From Holophagales bacterium (GTDB taxonomy: Bacteria > Acidobacteriota > Thermoanaerobaculia > UBA5066), in assembly GCA_016716705.1 (NCBI GenBank), contig JADJVF010000011.1:18687-82686 (forward strand): a stretch of 64,000 nt of DNA. The letters are read 5' to 3'. The notes under the pieces are model-generated. The model was given only the letters and a program-made list of their open reading frames with translations. It had not been told where the DNA came from and ran no database searches. This document shows, piece by piece, positions 19,317 to 29,579 of this stretch. A program made the translations under genes and the position numbers. Each line of letters opens with the position of its first letter. Positions within the stretch are counted from its first letter, which is position 1.

Positions 19317-21389
19317 TCAGAACGTCGCCGCGGCCCCCATGGCGAACGTCCGTCCCTGGCCCGGGAAGCCCGCTTCGCTCTCGTAGTCGGCGTCGAGGAG
19401 ATTCCGAATCGCCACGTGGGCCCGAATCCCCTTCACCACCTCCTGCGTGACCTTCGCCCCGAGGAGGACGTAGCCGTCGATCTCCTTGACGGGGTCGTTC
19501 GGGTAGATGGGCGACGGGAGGCTCGTGTACATCGACCCGACGTAGACGGCGTCGAGGTCGAGGAGCGTCTTCGGACCCGGCACCGTGTACGACGCGAGGA
19601 AGCCCGCCTTGTGGGCAGGAACGTTCGTCACGTCGTCCGTGACGCGCCCCTCGCTCTGGTCGGCGGAATGGACGTAGGTGTAGTCCGCGCGCAGGGTGAG
19701 ATCCGGGACGGGGGTGACCTCGACGACCGTCTCGAAGCCGGCCATCCGGACCTGCCCGATGTTCTGGTAGATGTTCAGGCTGCCCGACCCGTTCCGCGAG
19801 ATCAGGTTCCGGACGTCGTAGTAGAAGCCGCCGAGCTCCAGCCGCACGGTCGCCCCGAGCGGATGGGAGACGCTGACGGTCGTGTTGAGGCTCTTCTCGG
19901 ACTCGAGCGCCGTGTTCCCGTTCTTCGTCGAGTAGAGCTGCGAGAGGGTCGGGAACCGGCTCTTGCGCGCGATCGCGGCGTTCACGACAGTCCCGGAGGT
20001 CCCACGCCAGACGAGTCCCGCCATCGGGTTGACCTGCGAGTCGCTGGGCGTCGCGAGCGGGTCCTGGCGGACGAAGTCACCGGTCGAGCCGTCCGTCACG
20101 TTGCGGTTCGCGTTCGAGACGTCGAACCAGTCGAAGGAGACGCCCCCGACCGCCGAAAGACCCTTCGAGAAGGTCATCGCGTCCTCGAGCCCGACCGATC
20201 CGGTGATCGAGCTCGACTCGGCGAACGGAAGGTAGGCGTCGTCGCGCTCGCGGTGCGTGTCGTCCTTCAGGTGCGCCGAGAAGCGCAGGGTGTTCGAGGT
20301 CGCCACCTGCCACTCGCCGAGGAGGTTGCCCCCCGCGAGAGTGTCGTCGTAGCGGCTCACGGCGATCTGCTCGCGGTGCTCCGCGTCCTTGTACGAGACG
20401 AGGTCGTCGACGTGCTCGTGGTAGAAGCCCTTCGCCTTGAGCGTCAGTCCCGGGGCGAGCTGGTGCCTGCCGTCGAGATCGACACCGAGGTCGCGGTACG
20501 TCGGGATCTCGTTGAACTGGGAGAACGCGGGCCGCTTCAGGAAGACCTGCACGCTGTCGGTCGAAGGGGGGACGCCCTTGTCGCGGTCGAAGTAGTGGAG
20601 GTTGAGGAAGAGCGCGGACGCGGAGGAGGGCTCCCAGCCCACCTTTCCCCAGGCGTTCAGCGACCGGGTGTCGGAGCTCTCCCGTTTCCCGCCGTCCTCC
20701 AGGACCGCCGGAGTCGTCTTGCTCGGGTTCTTCTGGACGATCGTCCCGACCTTCGGCTCGTAGGAGCCGGAGACCGGCGTTCCGCCGCTCGTCTCCCCCG
20801 AGACGTTCAGCCAGTAGCTGAGCGCGCCGTGCCGCTGGCCGTGCGTCGCGGAGAATCGGCCGGTGGCCCAGTCGCCTCCCTCGGCCCGGATCTCGGTGTG
20901 CGGCGTCGTGCCGGCGGTCTTGCTGATGATGTTGATGGTTCCGCCGAGGGCGTTCGCGCCGCTCAGCACCGAGGCGGCCCCCTTCGTGATCTCGATCCGG
21001 GCGACGTTGTCGGTCGGGATCTGCGCGAGGTCGAGCTTGCCGTAGTTCGTCTCGTAGTACGGGACGCCGTCGATCAGGACCTGGACGCGGCTCTGGTCGA
21101 AGCCGTGGACGTAGACCGTCGGCTCGTTCTTCCGGCCGGTCGAGACGCGGAGGCCCGGGACGTTCGCGAGCGCCTCGGCGACGTTCTTCGCGTTGCGGGC
21201 CGCGATCTCCTCGGCCGTCACGGCGACGGTCAGGGCGGTCTCGTCGACCCTGTCCGCCTCGGCGGTCACGGTGACGCGGGCGAGAGCGTAGGCCTCGTAG
21301 CTCGGGGTCGGGTCCTCCGCCCGGGCGGACAGCGAGGAAAGGCCGATGCACGGCAGGAACAGGACGAGGAGACGGTATGCCTTGTTCAC
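19317..21389 (-). CDS. TonB-dependent outer-membrane receptor
   Basis: GTG at 21389 (RC) with GGAGGA 4 nt upstream. Signal peptide VNKAYRLLVLFLPCIGLSSLSARA. Plug-domain motifs (…TGRKNEPTVYVHGFDQSRVQVLIDGVPY…). Beta-barrel with a C-terminal aromatic (…GAAATF). Confidence 0.85.
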   Translation of the reverse strand: MNKAYRLLVLFLPCIGLSSLSARAEDPTPSYEAYALARVTVTAEADRVDETALTVAVTAEEIAARNAKNVAEALANVPGLRVSTGRKNEPTVYVHGFDQSRVQVLIDGVPYYETNYGKLDLAQIPTDNVARIEITKGAASVLSGANALGGTINIISKTAGTTPHTEIRAEGGDWATGRFSATHGQRHGALSYWLNVSGETSGGTPVSGSYEPKVGTIVQKNPSKTTPAVLEDGGKRESSDTRSLNAWGKVGWEPSSASALFLNLHYFDRDKGVPPSTDSVQVFLKRPAFSQFNEIPTYRDLGVDLDGRHQLAPGLTLKAKGFYHEHVDDLVSYKDAEHREQIAVSRYDDTLAGGNLLGEWQVATSNTLRFSAHLKDDTHRERDDAYLPFAESSSITGSVGLEDAMTFSKGLSAVGGVSFDWFDVSNANRNVTDGSTGDFVRQDPLATPSDSQVNPMAGLVWRGTSGTVVNAAIARKSRFPTLSQLYSTKNGNTALESEKSLNTTVSVSHPLGATVRLELGGFYYDVRNLISRNGSGSLNIYQNIGQVRMAGFETVVEVTPVPDLTLRADYTYVHSADQSEGRVTDDVTNVPAHKAGFLASYTVPGPKTLLDLDAVYVGSMYTSLPSPIYPNDPVKEIDGYVLLGAKVTQEVVKGIRAHVAIRNLLDADYESEAGFPGQGRTFAMGAAATF

Positions 21390-21476
21390 GGGTCCTCCGT
21401 TCGAATTCGGCGTCCGCGCCCGCCCTTCGGATTCCGCCGGGAACCTGCGAAACTGGCGCGTCGCCGTGGAAGTGAC

Positions 21477-21866
21477 GTGTTGAAGCCGTCGAAGAAGCCG
21501 GGAACCGAACGCCCGGCCCCGAGCCCCGCCCGGCTGAAGCCGAGGTTCCGGGTCCTGCGGGACGGCGAAGTCCTCGTCGGACCGGGGATGGTGGAGCTTC
21601 TCGAAGCGATCCGGCGCACGGGGAGCCTGCGGGTCGCCGCCAGCGAGCTGCAGATGTCCTACATGCACGCCTGGGGCCTCGTGAAGACGATGAACCAGGC
21701 GTTCCGGAGCCCGCTCGTGGAGCTCTCGCGCGGCGGCGCCCAGCGGGGAGGCGCCCTCCTCAGCGCGTGCGGCGAGGAGGTGCTCGCCCTCTACCGGGTG
21801 ATGGAGGCCGAAGCCCAGCGCGCCGTAGCGAGGCACTGGCGGCGCCTGAAGCGCCTCCTCTCCTGA
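21477..21866 (+). CDS. ModE N-terminal-domain-like winged-HTH regulator (short; no TOBE/Mop domain)
   Basis: GTG 21477 or TTG 21480. GPGMVELLEAIRRTGSLRVAASELQMSYMHAWGLVKTMNQAF…GGAQRGGALLSACG aligns with E. coli ModE residues about 20-90 (GSISQGAKDAGISYKSAWDAINEMN…GGKGGGGA). Ends at 21866. Confidence 0.6.
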   Translation: MLKPSKKPGTERPAPSPARLKPRFRVLRDGEVLVGPGMVELLEAIRRTGSLRVAASELQMSYMHAWGLVKTMNQAFRSPLVELSRGGAQRGGALLSACGEEVLALYRVMEAEAQRAVARHWRRLKRLLS

Positions 21867-22064
21867 CCCCGGAAGGCCCGACGACTCCTCCGCGACGAAC
21901 GCCAAGCCGATCTATTCTATAGAAGATATCGGAGCCGGGGCCCCGCGCGGTCGAGGCGAGAACGGGCGGAGGGCGAAGGCCCGGTCTGCCCCTCCCCGCC
22001 TCGTTCTCCGGACTGAAACAACCGCCTCGTTGCGAGTTTCGCCACTCCTCGGCAAGATGGCGCG

Positions 22065-23129
22065 ATGAGAAGTCTCGTGGTCCTGCCTCTCCTCGTCGGC
22101 ACCCTCCTCGCCGGTTGCTCGAAGCCTTCCGGGGGGGAGAAGGGTCCGGCGGCCCTCGTCGCGACGCAGGACCCGAAGGCGGTCGTGGCCCGCGTGGACG
22201 GCTCTCCCATCACCGAGGGCGAGCTGATGGTCGAGGCGAGGGCGTCGATGGCGGCGGCCGAGAAGCAGTTCCTCGAGGCGGTCCACGCGCAGAAGGTCCG
22301 CGCGCTCGACCGGCTCGTGGAGAAACGGCTCCTCGAGACCCGGGCGAAGAAGGAAGGGATCACGGTCGAGGTACTCCTCGACCGTGAGGTCGTCCGCAAG
22401 GTCCCCGAGCCCGCCGAGGCGATCCTGCAGGCGGTCTACGACCAGACGAAATCCACCGGGCGCCCGCTCCCGCCGTTCGCCGAGGTGAAGGCCGAGATCG
22501 CCGCCTTCGTGAAGGGACAGTCGGCGCAGGAGACCCACCAGGGGTTCATCGCGCGGCTCCGCGCCGAGTCCAGGGTCGAGAGCCTCCTGCCCCCCCTCCT
22601 GCTCCCGAAGGTCGTCTTCACGGCGGACGGCCCGTCCCGCGGCGCGGCCGGGGCCGCGGTGACGATCGTCGAGTTCTCGGACTACGAGTGCGGGTTCTGC
22701 GGCCAGGCGGAAGAGGTGGTCCGCAGGGTGATCGCCGAGTACAAGGGGCAGGTCCGCCTCGTCCACCAGGCGTTCCCGCTGGCGGGGCACCCTCGCGCCC
22801 CCAAGGCGGCCGAGGCGGCGCTCTGCGCCGGAGAGCAGGGCCGGTACTGGGAGATGCACGATCTTCTCTTCGCGGGCCAGGGGGCGCTCGGGATCGACGA
22901 CCTGAAGGGGCGCGCCCGAACGCTCCAGCTCGACGCGCCGCGGTTCGACGCCTGCCTCGACTCGGGCCGGATGGCGCCCGTCGTCGAAAAGAGCCGGAAG
23001 CTCGGAGAGGGAATCGGGGTGGACGCCACCCCGGCCTTCTTCGTCAACGGCCGACCCCTCTCCGGGATGCAGCCGTTCGAGCGGTTCAAGGAGCTCGTCG
23101 ACCACGAGCTGGCGAACCCGGGCCGCTGA
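22065..23129 (+). CDS. lipoprotein: SurA-N-like chaperone domain fused to DsbA-family thiol:disulfide oxidoreductase
   Basis: ATG at 22065. Lipobox LLAGC. N-terminal SurA_N-like segment. Thioredoxin-fold active site EFSDYECGFCGQ and a cis-Pro region VDATPAFFVNG, typical of DsbA. Confidence 0.7.
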   Translation: MRSLVVLPLLVGTLLAGCSKPSGGEKGPAALVATQDPKAVVARVDGSPITEGELMVEARASMAAAEKQFLEAVHAQKVRALDRLVEKRLLETRAKKEGITVEVLLDREVVRKVPEPAEAILQAVYDQTKSTGRPLPPFAEVKAEIAAFVKGQSAQETHQGFIARLRAESRVESLLPPLLLPKVVFTADGPSRGAAGAAVTIVEFSDYECGFCGQAEEVVRRVIAEYKGQVRLVHQAFPLAGHPRAPKAAEAALCAGEQGRYWEMHDLLFAGQGALGIDDLKGRARTLQLDAPRFDACLDSGRMAPVVEKSRKLGEGIGVDATPAFFVNGRPLSGMQPFERFKELVDHELANPGR

Positions 23130-23302
23130 CGCAGGAGCCGGATTCCCTTTCGCCGGGAAGCCGGCCCTTGCTGGTCCTCAATTTGCGCACCTGTCTCACC
23201 TCGGGGCACCGAGGGGAATTTGCTTTCCGTACGTGCGGAAACGCGTGATAGCGGACTAGAATCGGCCGCTTCACATTTCCTCAAGAGGAGGGCTTCGTTT
23301 AC

Positions 23303-26300
23303 ATGAGAGAAGAGGCAAGAGGACATTCCCGGGGCATCGTCCCCATCGCGGCAGCGGCCCTGGGAGCGGCGCTGCTCATCGGGGCCGGCACCGCCCAGGC
23401 TGGCGTCAAGTATCTCGGTGACGGGGCCGTCCAGAACGCCCGCGGAGGCTGGGACCTTCCCAAGCAGGGAGCCTGCCCGGCCGACCTGACGGCCAAGACC
23501 CGTCCCGACTGCGTTGCGCGCCGGTTCGTCGCCAAGGACTCGGCGGCCTGCACGGCGCTCGGCGCCAGCGGCGCCTACTCCTGGAGCACCGGCGTCTGCA
23601 ACGACCTCGTCAACAAGACCGAGGCCGCCTGCAAGGCGTCCACGGACCGCTACTGGAACGCCGCCGCCAGCGTCTGCGCCGTCGTGATGCAGGACGACGA
23701 CCGCAACGCGATCAACTGCGCCCAGCACGGTGGCACGTGGGTCACGGCCGGTAACTGCACGGCCGCGTGGGTCATGCCGGCCCGGGACGACTCGTCCTAC
23801 GGCGCAGGCGGGCTGCTCACGTCCAACGGCGCGGGCGACCAGTGCCTTCGCTGCCACAACACCGTGACCCAGTACAACGGGCCTCGCGTCCGCGACACGA
23901 ACTTCACGCTGATGCAGGGCCACAAGAACATGGCCCGGCCCGTCGACGCCGCCTTCAAGCCCTGGGGCGGGCCGCCGTTCTCCTGCACGGGCAAGGCGAC
24001 GGCCACCGACGAGCACGAGTGCGTCGCCGCCGGCGGGACGTGGGACCCGACGATCTACCCCGCCGACGACTCCGGGAACACCATCAACTGGACCAAGAAC
24101 ACCATCACCACGAGCGCCGGGACCTTCGACCTCAAGTGGATCTACGGCGACTGGCTCGGCCCGCTCCCCCGCGCGATCTACACGGGGGCCACGCTCAACA
24201 ACATGAGCTACTCGTGCGGCCGCTGCCACACGACCGGCTGGACGAGCGACGCGGGGACGACCCCGAACGCGAAGAAGCACCCCGAGCTGGACTTCCCGGG
24301 CATCACCTGGAACGGCACCGGGACGACCGGCCAGGTCAAGCTGGGCGGCGGCGTCGCGGGCGACAAGAACGTCATGTCCTCGTGGGACCAGTGGGGCATC
24401 ACCTGCTCGCGCTGCCACAGCAGCGCCGTCGACGACGCGACCTCGGGGCCGCCCTACAGCGCCCCGGCGGGCATGTCGACCCACCACAACGCCCTCACGA
24501 GCCCGAACGCCAACAACGGCGCCTGTACCGACGTCCGCTGGTCGAGCGCTCCCTCGGGCTCCACTCTCGAAGCCGCCTGCAATTCCACCGGCGGCACGTT
24601 CCTGACGGCCTGCAGCGTCAACCCGACCCCGGGTGTCTGCACGGCGGCCGCGAATACGAAGGACAAGTGCACGGCGGTCGCCGGCACCTGGGTGGCCGCG
24701 AAGGCCGGCTGGTGCAGCAACGCGTTCTACGGCGACTCGGCGAGCTGCACGGCGAACAAGTACACGTGGACCGACGGCTGGTGCAAGACGGCCGACGCCC
24801 AGGCCGCCTGCACGGGCGGTACCGGCGACGCCGCCAAGACCTGGCGCGCCAACGGCAGCCAGGCTTCATGCCAGGTGGCCGGCGCGGCCTGGACCTTCTC
24901 GAAGTGCACGGTCGAGGGCTACTGCAGCGCCGGGACCTGCAGCGACGTGAAGTACACGAACCAGAGGGACTGCACCGAGGCGGGCAAGACCTGGTGGGCC
25001 ATCCGGTCGAAGTCGGCCTGCGACACGGTCGGCGGTCAGTTCGCCTACGCGACCGACGTCGTCACCTGCGGTGACGCCGGCGGCCGGTGGTTCGGGAACA
25101 ACACGAACCGCGGCCAGATCATCACGTCGGTCTGCATGGACTGCCACCGCCAGGAGACGAGCGGCCTCCCGAACACGAACGGCAGCTGCAGCGACGGCAA
25201 GACGACGACGCAGGGCGCCTGCGTCGCCGCCGGCGCGACCTGGACCGAGACGGGTAACGGCCTGCCGGTCACGGTCGGCCCGTACCACAACACCGTCACG
25301 TTCCCGAGCCACCCGGCCGGCAACCAGTTCCTCAACAGCCCGCACGCCAAGTTCAGCGGCAAGTGGAGCGATATCGCGTCGGGCAAATACGACGGCTCGT
25401 CCGCCGGCAAGTACCAGAGCTCCTTCATGGCCCTCGGCGAGGCCTCCGGCACGGGCAACGGCTGCACGGGCTGCCACGAGATCCACACGAGCATCGTGGT
25501 CGGCGAGAAGCCCTTCCGCGAAGAGTGCAACACCTGCCACCACGTGAAGAACCTCGAGCACCTCATGCACCCGGCGGGCCACGGAACGCCGCTCGAGAAG
25601 GCGGAAGAGGACCCGATGGAAGCCTGCGTCATGTGCCACATGCCGGAGGGGCAGCACCTCTTCCGGATCAGCACCGACGCGGCCTACTCGACCTTCCCGC
25701 CCGCGCAGGCGATGACCGCCAACACGTCGGCGAACACCGCCCCCGACGGCAGCTACACGAACGCCGTCTGGGTCGACCTCGACGCCGCCTGCGGCCAGTG
25801 CCACGGCGGCGGCGCGGCGAACGCGAAGACGACCGGCACCATCGCGACGGGCTCGGCCGCCCTCACGGTCGCGAGCACGACCGGGCTCGCCGTCGGCGAG
25901 CGGATCAACGTCGCCGGAGCGGGCGCGTTCGCCAAGTCGGGCTCCTGGTACGACCTCCACACCTACGTCAAGGCGATCGCGGGCAACGTCGTCACGCTCG
26001 CCGGCACCGCGACCCACGGCGTCACGAACGCCGCGGTCACGCAGAACCCGACGACGAACGGCGCGAGCTACGTGACCAAGGCGAACCTCGCCGTCCTACG
26101 CGAAGGGAATCCACAACGACAGCCCGGAGGCGAGATTCACGGTGAAGCAGGGAGCCAACGAGCTGACGGTCGCGGTCGATGCCTCCGGTACCAAGTGCCG
26201 CGGCAGCGCCGCGAACTGCGGCGCCTTCGACTGGAACTGGGGCGACAACACCGCGCACGGTTCCGGCAAGACGGCGACGCACACCTACGCCGCTCCGGGC

Positions 26301-26678
26301 AACTACACCATCACCCTGACGGTCGAGGACGAGGAGACGGGCACGGGCAGCGCCACCCAGACCTTCGCCGCCAAGGCGATCCCCGGGGCGCCCACCGTGA
26401 CCGGCACCTGCACGCCCGACTACCCGAAGGCGAGCGTGAGCTGCGCGGTGACCGTGCCCACCGGGGGCTACGCGAGCGTATCCGTCTACTTCGGTGAGGG
26501 CTATAACGTGGACAAGGTCAGCAACCCGGCCGCCGGAACGCTGACCATGACCCACACCTACCAGCAGTTCGACAACTACACGATCATGGCGACGGCCACC
26601 AACGCCGCCGGCCAGTCGACGACGGCTCCGATCGGGTTCATGGCCCGGGGCCTGTTCGTCAACGACAAGAACAGGTAG
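23303..26678 (+). CDS. secreted multihaem c-type cytochrome (8 CxxCH) with a Cys-rich GGTW repeat array and C-terminal PKD domain; apparent frameshift near 26076-26141
   Basis: ATG at 23303, RBS AAGAGGAGGG. Signal peptide. Haem motifs CLRCH, CGRCH, CSRCH, CMDCH, CTGCH, CNTCH, CVMCH, CGQCH. The PKD motif FDWNWGDNTAHGSGKTATHTYAAPGNYTITLTVED lies in the +1 frame, which opens after TGA 26073-26075. GGAGG lies 11 nt before GTG 26142, so a separate PKD ORF is possible. Confidence 0.7.
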
Positions 26679-26962
26679 ATCGTCACGGGGAGGGGCCGGC
26701 GGGGACTCCCGCCGGCCCTCCATCGCAATCCAAGGGGTTCAGGGGCCGCAATCGCGGCCCCTTCTTTTCGGTGCAGCCGCCCGACCTGTCGGAATAGGGC
26801 AGTAAGCAGGCCCGCCCCTCGAGAGCCCTCGAAAGTTCTTGCGTGGGATCTCGAGAGGAGCGACACTACCGTGTAACAGGACCATTTCGGGCCGCATTTC
26901 ACCGGCAAAAGGTGTATGCGGCCCGAAGTGTTTTCAGGGTGCCTAACGAGAAGGAGGGTCAT

Positions 26963-28926
26963 ATGCGGGTACGGCTGATCGTGTATTTCGGGGTGGTTCT
27001 TGCGGTGCTCCTCCTGGCCCTCATTCCGGGCGCGGCGGTCTCCCCCACGGGGTGGACCGTCGTCGCCTGGAACAACCTCGGGATGCACTGCATGGACGCC
27101 GACTTCAGCGTCTTCGCCATCCTGCCGCCCTACAACACGATCCAGGCGCACGTCGTCGACGCTTCCGGAAAGCTCGTGAAGAGCTCGTCGTCCGTCACGG
27201 TGACGTACGAGGCCGTCGCCGACCCGACCGGCTCCATCAACACGACGTCGCAGGGCAAGACGAACTTCTGGGACCACGTCGTGGCGCTGTTCGGCGCGTC
27301 GCTACCTGTCGACGCGGGGCTCGCGGGGAAGGACATGCCGGGGTCCTCGAACGCGCCAAAGCCGATGACGTTCGATGCCTCGAAGAACTGGTTCATCGCC
27401 GAGGGGATCCCGATCACCCCGTACGACGACGCGGGGAACAAGAATCCCTACCCGATGATGAAGGTGACGGCCCGTGACACCTCGGGCAACGTCCTCTCGT
27501 CCACTCGCATCGTCCTTCCCGTCTCCGACGAGATGGACTGCCGGACCTGCCACGCCTCCGGCTCGCCCATCGACGCCCGGCCGGCCGCGGGCTGGGTCTT
27601 CGACCCGGACCCCGAGCGGGACTACCGCCTGAACGTCCTCCGGCTCCACGACGAGGCGGCCGCCTCGAGCCCGGCGTATGCGCCCGCCCTCGCGGCGGCC
27701 GGGTACGACCCAGCGGGCCTCTACGCCAATGTCACGGTCCGGGGAAAGCCGATCCTCTGCGCCGCGTGCCACGCCTCCGAGGCGCTCCCCGGCAGCGGCC
27801 AGGCCGGCATCCCGCCGCTCACCCAGGCCGTTCACGCCCGGCACGCGGGGGTCAACGACCCGACGAACGGGCAGCCCCTCGGCTCCTCCACGAACCGGTC
27901 GGCCTGCTACCGCTGCCACCCCGGCTCGGAGACGAAGTGCCTGCGCGGGGCGATGGGAGCGGCGACGGCGGCCGACGGCTCGATGCTCATGCAATGCCAG
28001 GACTGCCACGGCCTGATGGCGGCGGTCGGTGCGACGACGCGCACGGGCTGGTTCGACGAGCCCACCTGCCAGCAGTGCCACACCGGTACGGCGACGAAGA
28101 ACTCCGGCCAGATCCGCTTCACGTCCGTCTTTGACGGGGACGGCAATCCCCGCGTCGCCGCCGACGCGCGCTTCGCGACGAACGTCGACACGCCCGCCGC
28201 GGGCCTCTCTCTCTACCGGTTCTCGAAGGGGCACGGCGGCCTGCAGTGCGCGGCGTGCCACGGATCGACGCACGCGGAATACCCCTCCTCCCACGTGAAC
28301 GACAACCTCCAGAGCCTCGACCTGCAGGGGCACGCGGGGACGATCGGCGAGTGCGCCGCCTGCCACGGCGGGAACGTCCCGCAGACCGTCTCCGGGGTCC
28401 TCACGGGATGCACCCGGTCGGCTCGTCGTGGGTCGACAGGCACGAAGACGCGGCCGAGGGCAGCCTCGCCTCCTGCCGCACCTGTCACGGCGCAGACGAT
28501 CGCGGGACCGTCCTCTCTCGCGGGTTCGCCGAGCGGACCCTGAAGACGAGGGCCGGTACGAAGACCTTTGCCGCCGGCACGACGTTCGGCTGCTACACCT
28601 GCCACAACGGACCGGACGGCGAGGGGAACCCTCCGGGCGGTGGAACGCCGACCCCCACTCCGACCCCCCGCGTGACCGCGACGCCAGGTCCTACGACCAC
28701 GCCGACCGTCAGGCCCACGAGGACCGCGACCCCGGGCTGGACTTCGACGCCCACCCGGACGCCGACCCGGACTCCGACCGTCCGGCCGACGAGGACACCG
28801 ACGCCTACCCGCCCTCCGCGGTCGACCGCCACCCCCACGCCGACCCGCCGGCCGCGACACGACGGGGACAGCCCGCTCCCCGTGGGTGACCCGGGAGTCG
28901 CGGGACCGGTCCCGATCCGGCGCTGA
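26963..28926 (+). CDS. secreted multihaem c-type cytochrome (7+2 CxxCH) with C-terminal Pro/Thr-repeat tail; apparent frameshift near 28376-28415
   Basis: ATG at 26963 with AAGGAGGG. Signal peptide [27 protein letters not shown]. Haem motifs CRTCH, CAACH x3, CYRCH, CQDCH, CQQCH in frame A. CRTCHGA and CYTCHNG, then (T/R)PT repeats, in the -1 frame, which ends at 28926. Confidence 0.7.
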
Positions 28927-28955
28927 GGGCCTCTCTCCCGTCGTTTTCGCCGCGC

Positions 28956-29525
28956 TCAGCCGAAGCTGAGCGCGGCGAGAACGAGGCAGGCCGACAGCCG
29001 GGCGGCGATGGCCCGGACGGTGGTGAGGTTCCGGAACGTGGCGCGCAGCCCGAGCGCCTTCTCGAGCTTCCCTCCCGAGAAGTCCGAGTCGGACGAGCGG
29101 ATGCGGCAGAGCCACCAGACTTCGCGCCCGCTCACCGCGAGCTCGTCGGTCGGCGTCCGGAACCCGTGGACGAGGGCATGCTGTTCGGGGCTCGGCGGTT
29201 CCTTCAGGAACCCGACGTAGACCCCCTGGGCCTCGCCGACGTCCTCGGCGGCGAACGGCTCGTGCGCGGCGACGGCCGAGAGCTCGGCGGGCGTGCGGAG
29301 GAACGTCGCCACCTCCCAGCCGAGCGCCGCCTCCAGCCTCTTCTCGATCTTCGCCTCGAGCGTCGCGGCCCGTCCCCGTCCCGCCGTGAAGAGGACGTTC
29401 CCGCTCGCGATGTGGGTCGAGACGCCCGTGAAGCCGGTCTCCTCGAAGAGCTGCCGCAGCCTCTCCATCTTCACGACGCGGCCGCCGACGTTCACGGCGC
29501 GGAGGAAGGCGGCGTACCGGGGCAC
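28956..29525 (-). CDS. DUF1697 family protein
   Basis: 189 aa MPRYAAFLRAVNVGGRVVKME… matches the DUF1697 N-terminal signature. A 29-nt hairpin (28948-28976) overlaps its stop codon. Confidence 0.65.
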   Translation of the reverse strand: MPRYAAFLRAVNVGGRVVKMERLRQLFEETGFTGVSTHIASGNVLFTAGRGRAATLEAKIEKRLEAALGWEVATFLRTPAELSAVAAHEPFAAEDVGEAQGVYVGFLKEPPSPEQHALVHGFRTPTDELAVSGREVWWLCRIRSSDSDFSGGKLEKALGLRATFRNLTTVRAIAARLSACLVLAALSFG

Positions 29526-29579
29526 GGCCCGATTATAGGGTCAGGTCTTGATTTTCTATTACAGCGCCTGGTTTCCGCA

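Noticed and set aside
26142-26678. Independent 178-aa PKD-domain gene starting at GTG 26142
   Set aside because: It has no signal peptide, and the frame stays open back to TGA 26073-26075 with coherent protein sequence (…SYAKGIHNDSPEARFTV…). A C-terminal domain of cytochrome 1 displaced by a frameshift is more likely. The GGAGG 11 nt upstream keeps the alternative alive.
28590-28900. Tandem nucleotide repeat (ACGCCGACCCGG-like) as a noncoding repeat or VNTR
   Set aside because: It lies inside the C-terminal (T/R)PT low-complexity tail of cytochrome 2, so it is coding. It could still be length-variable, but it is not an independent repeat element.
28948-28976. Bidirectional terminator between cytochrome 2 and the DUF1697 gene
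   Set aside because: There is a good hairpin (gccgcgctcag…ctgagcgcggc), but it overlaps the DUF1697 stop codon and lacks a U-tract on either side. I list it only as a remark in the DUF1697 evidence.
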